From Squalus acanthias (lineage: Eukaryota), in the NCBI GenBank assembly GCA_030390025.1, contig CM059438.1, positions 59,398,001 to 59,462,000 of the forward strand: a DNA stretch of 64,000 nt. Reading direction: 5' to 3'. Positions within the stretch are counted from its first letter, which is position 1, and each line of letters opens with the position of its first letter. The notes under the pieces were generated by a model. It was not told the DNA's origin. It searched no databases and saw nothing but the letters and a program-made list of their open reading frames with translations. Shown in pieces: positions 63,826 through 64,000 of the stretch. Made by a program: the position numbers and the translations under genes.

Positions 63826-64000
63826 TGTGCAGTACTGAGGGAGTGCTGCACTGTCGGAGGTGCTGCCTTTCGAATGAAACGTTAAACCAAGGCCCCGTCT
63901 GCTCTCTCAGGTGGACGTAAAAGATCCCACGGCACTATTTCAAAGAAGAGCCAGGGGTGTTATCCCTGGTGTCCTGGGGCCAATATTTATCCCTCAAAAA
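63826..64000 (+). mobile_element. 5'-truncated DeuSINE, duplicate of the 61643 copy, cut by the window end
   Basis: Same truncation point and same upstream flank as 61578-61815. Confidence 0.85.

Overview
Eukaryotic, repeat-saturated vertebrate DNA. It is most likely cartilaginous fish (shark-like), inferred from SacSINE1/DeuSINE-type SINEs, CR1/L2/RTE LINE debris and Penelope-like remnants. About 60% of the window is three tandem arrays: a 20-bp satellite (1-22092), a modular GTTACCTG repeat (22710-24043) and a 33-bp satellite (39523-56084). The 33-bp satellite lies inside a single SINE and derives from it. Between the arrays are three PIF/Harbinger DNA transposons and a related MITE. One Harbinger (31954-36103) has an intact transposase, a spliced Myb/SANT gene, TIRs and a TAA TSD, and it is nested in a solo LTR that itself sits in an old LINE. 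Also present are an RTE LINE with a 5' inversion, Penelope-like ends with hammerhead-like motifs, a decayed retroviral env-like stretch and a few candidate minus-strand host exons. The modular repeat appears to be an amplification of one exon's 5' splice site. Almost all long ORFs in the ORF track are repeat artefacts. No prokaryotic systems (CRISPR, operons) are supported.
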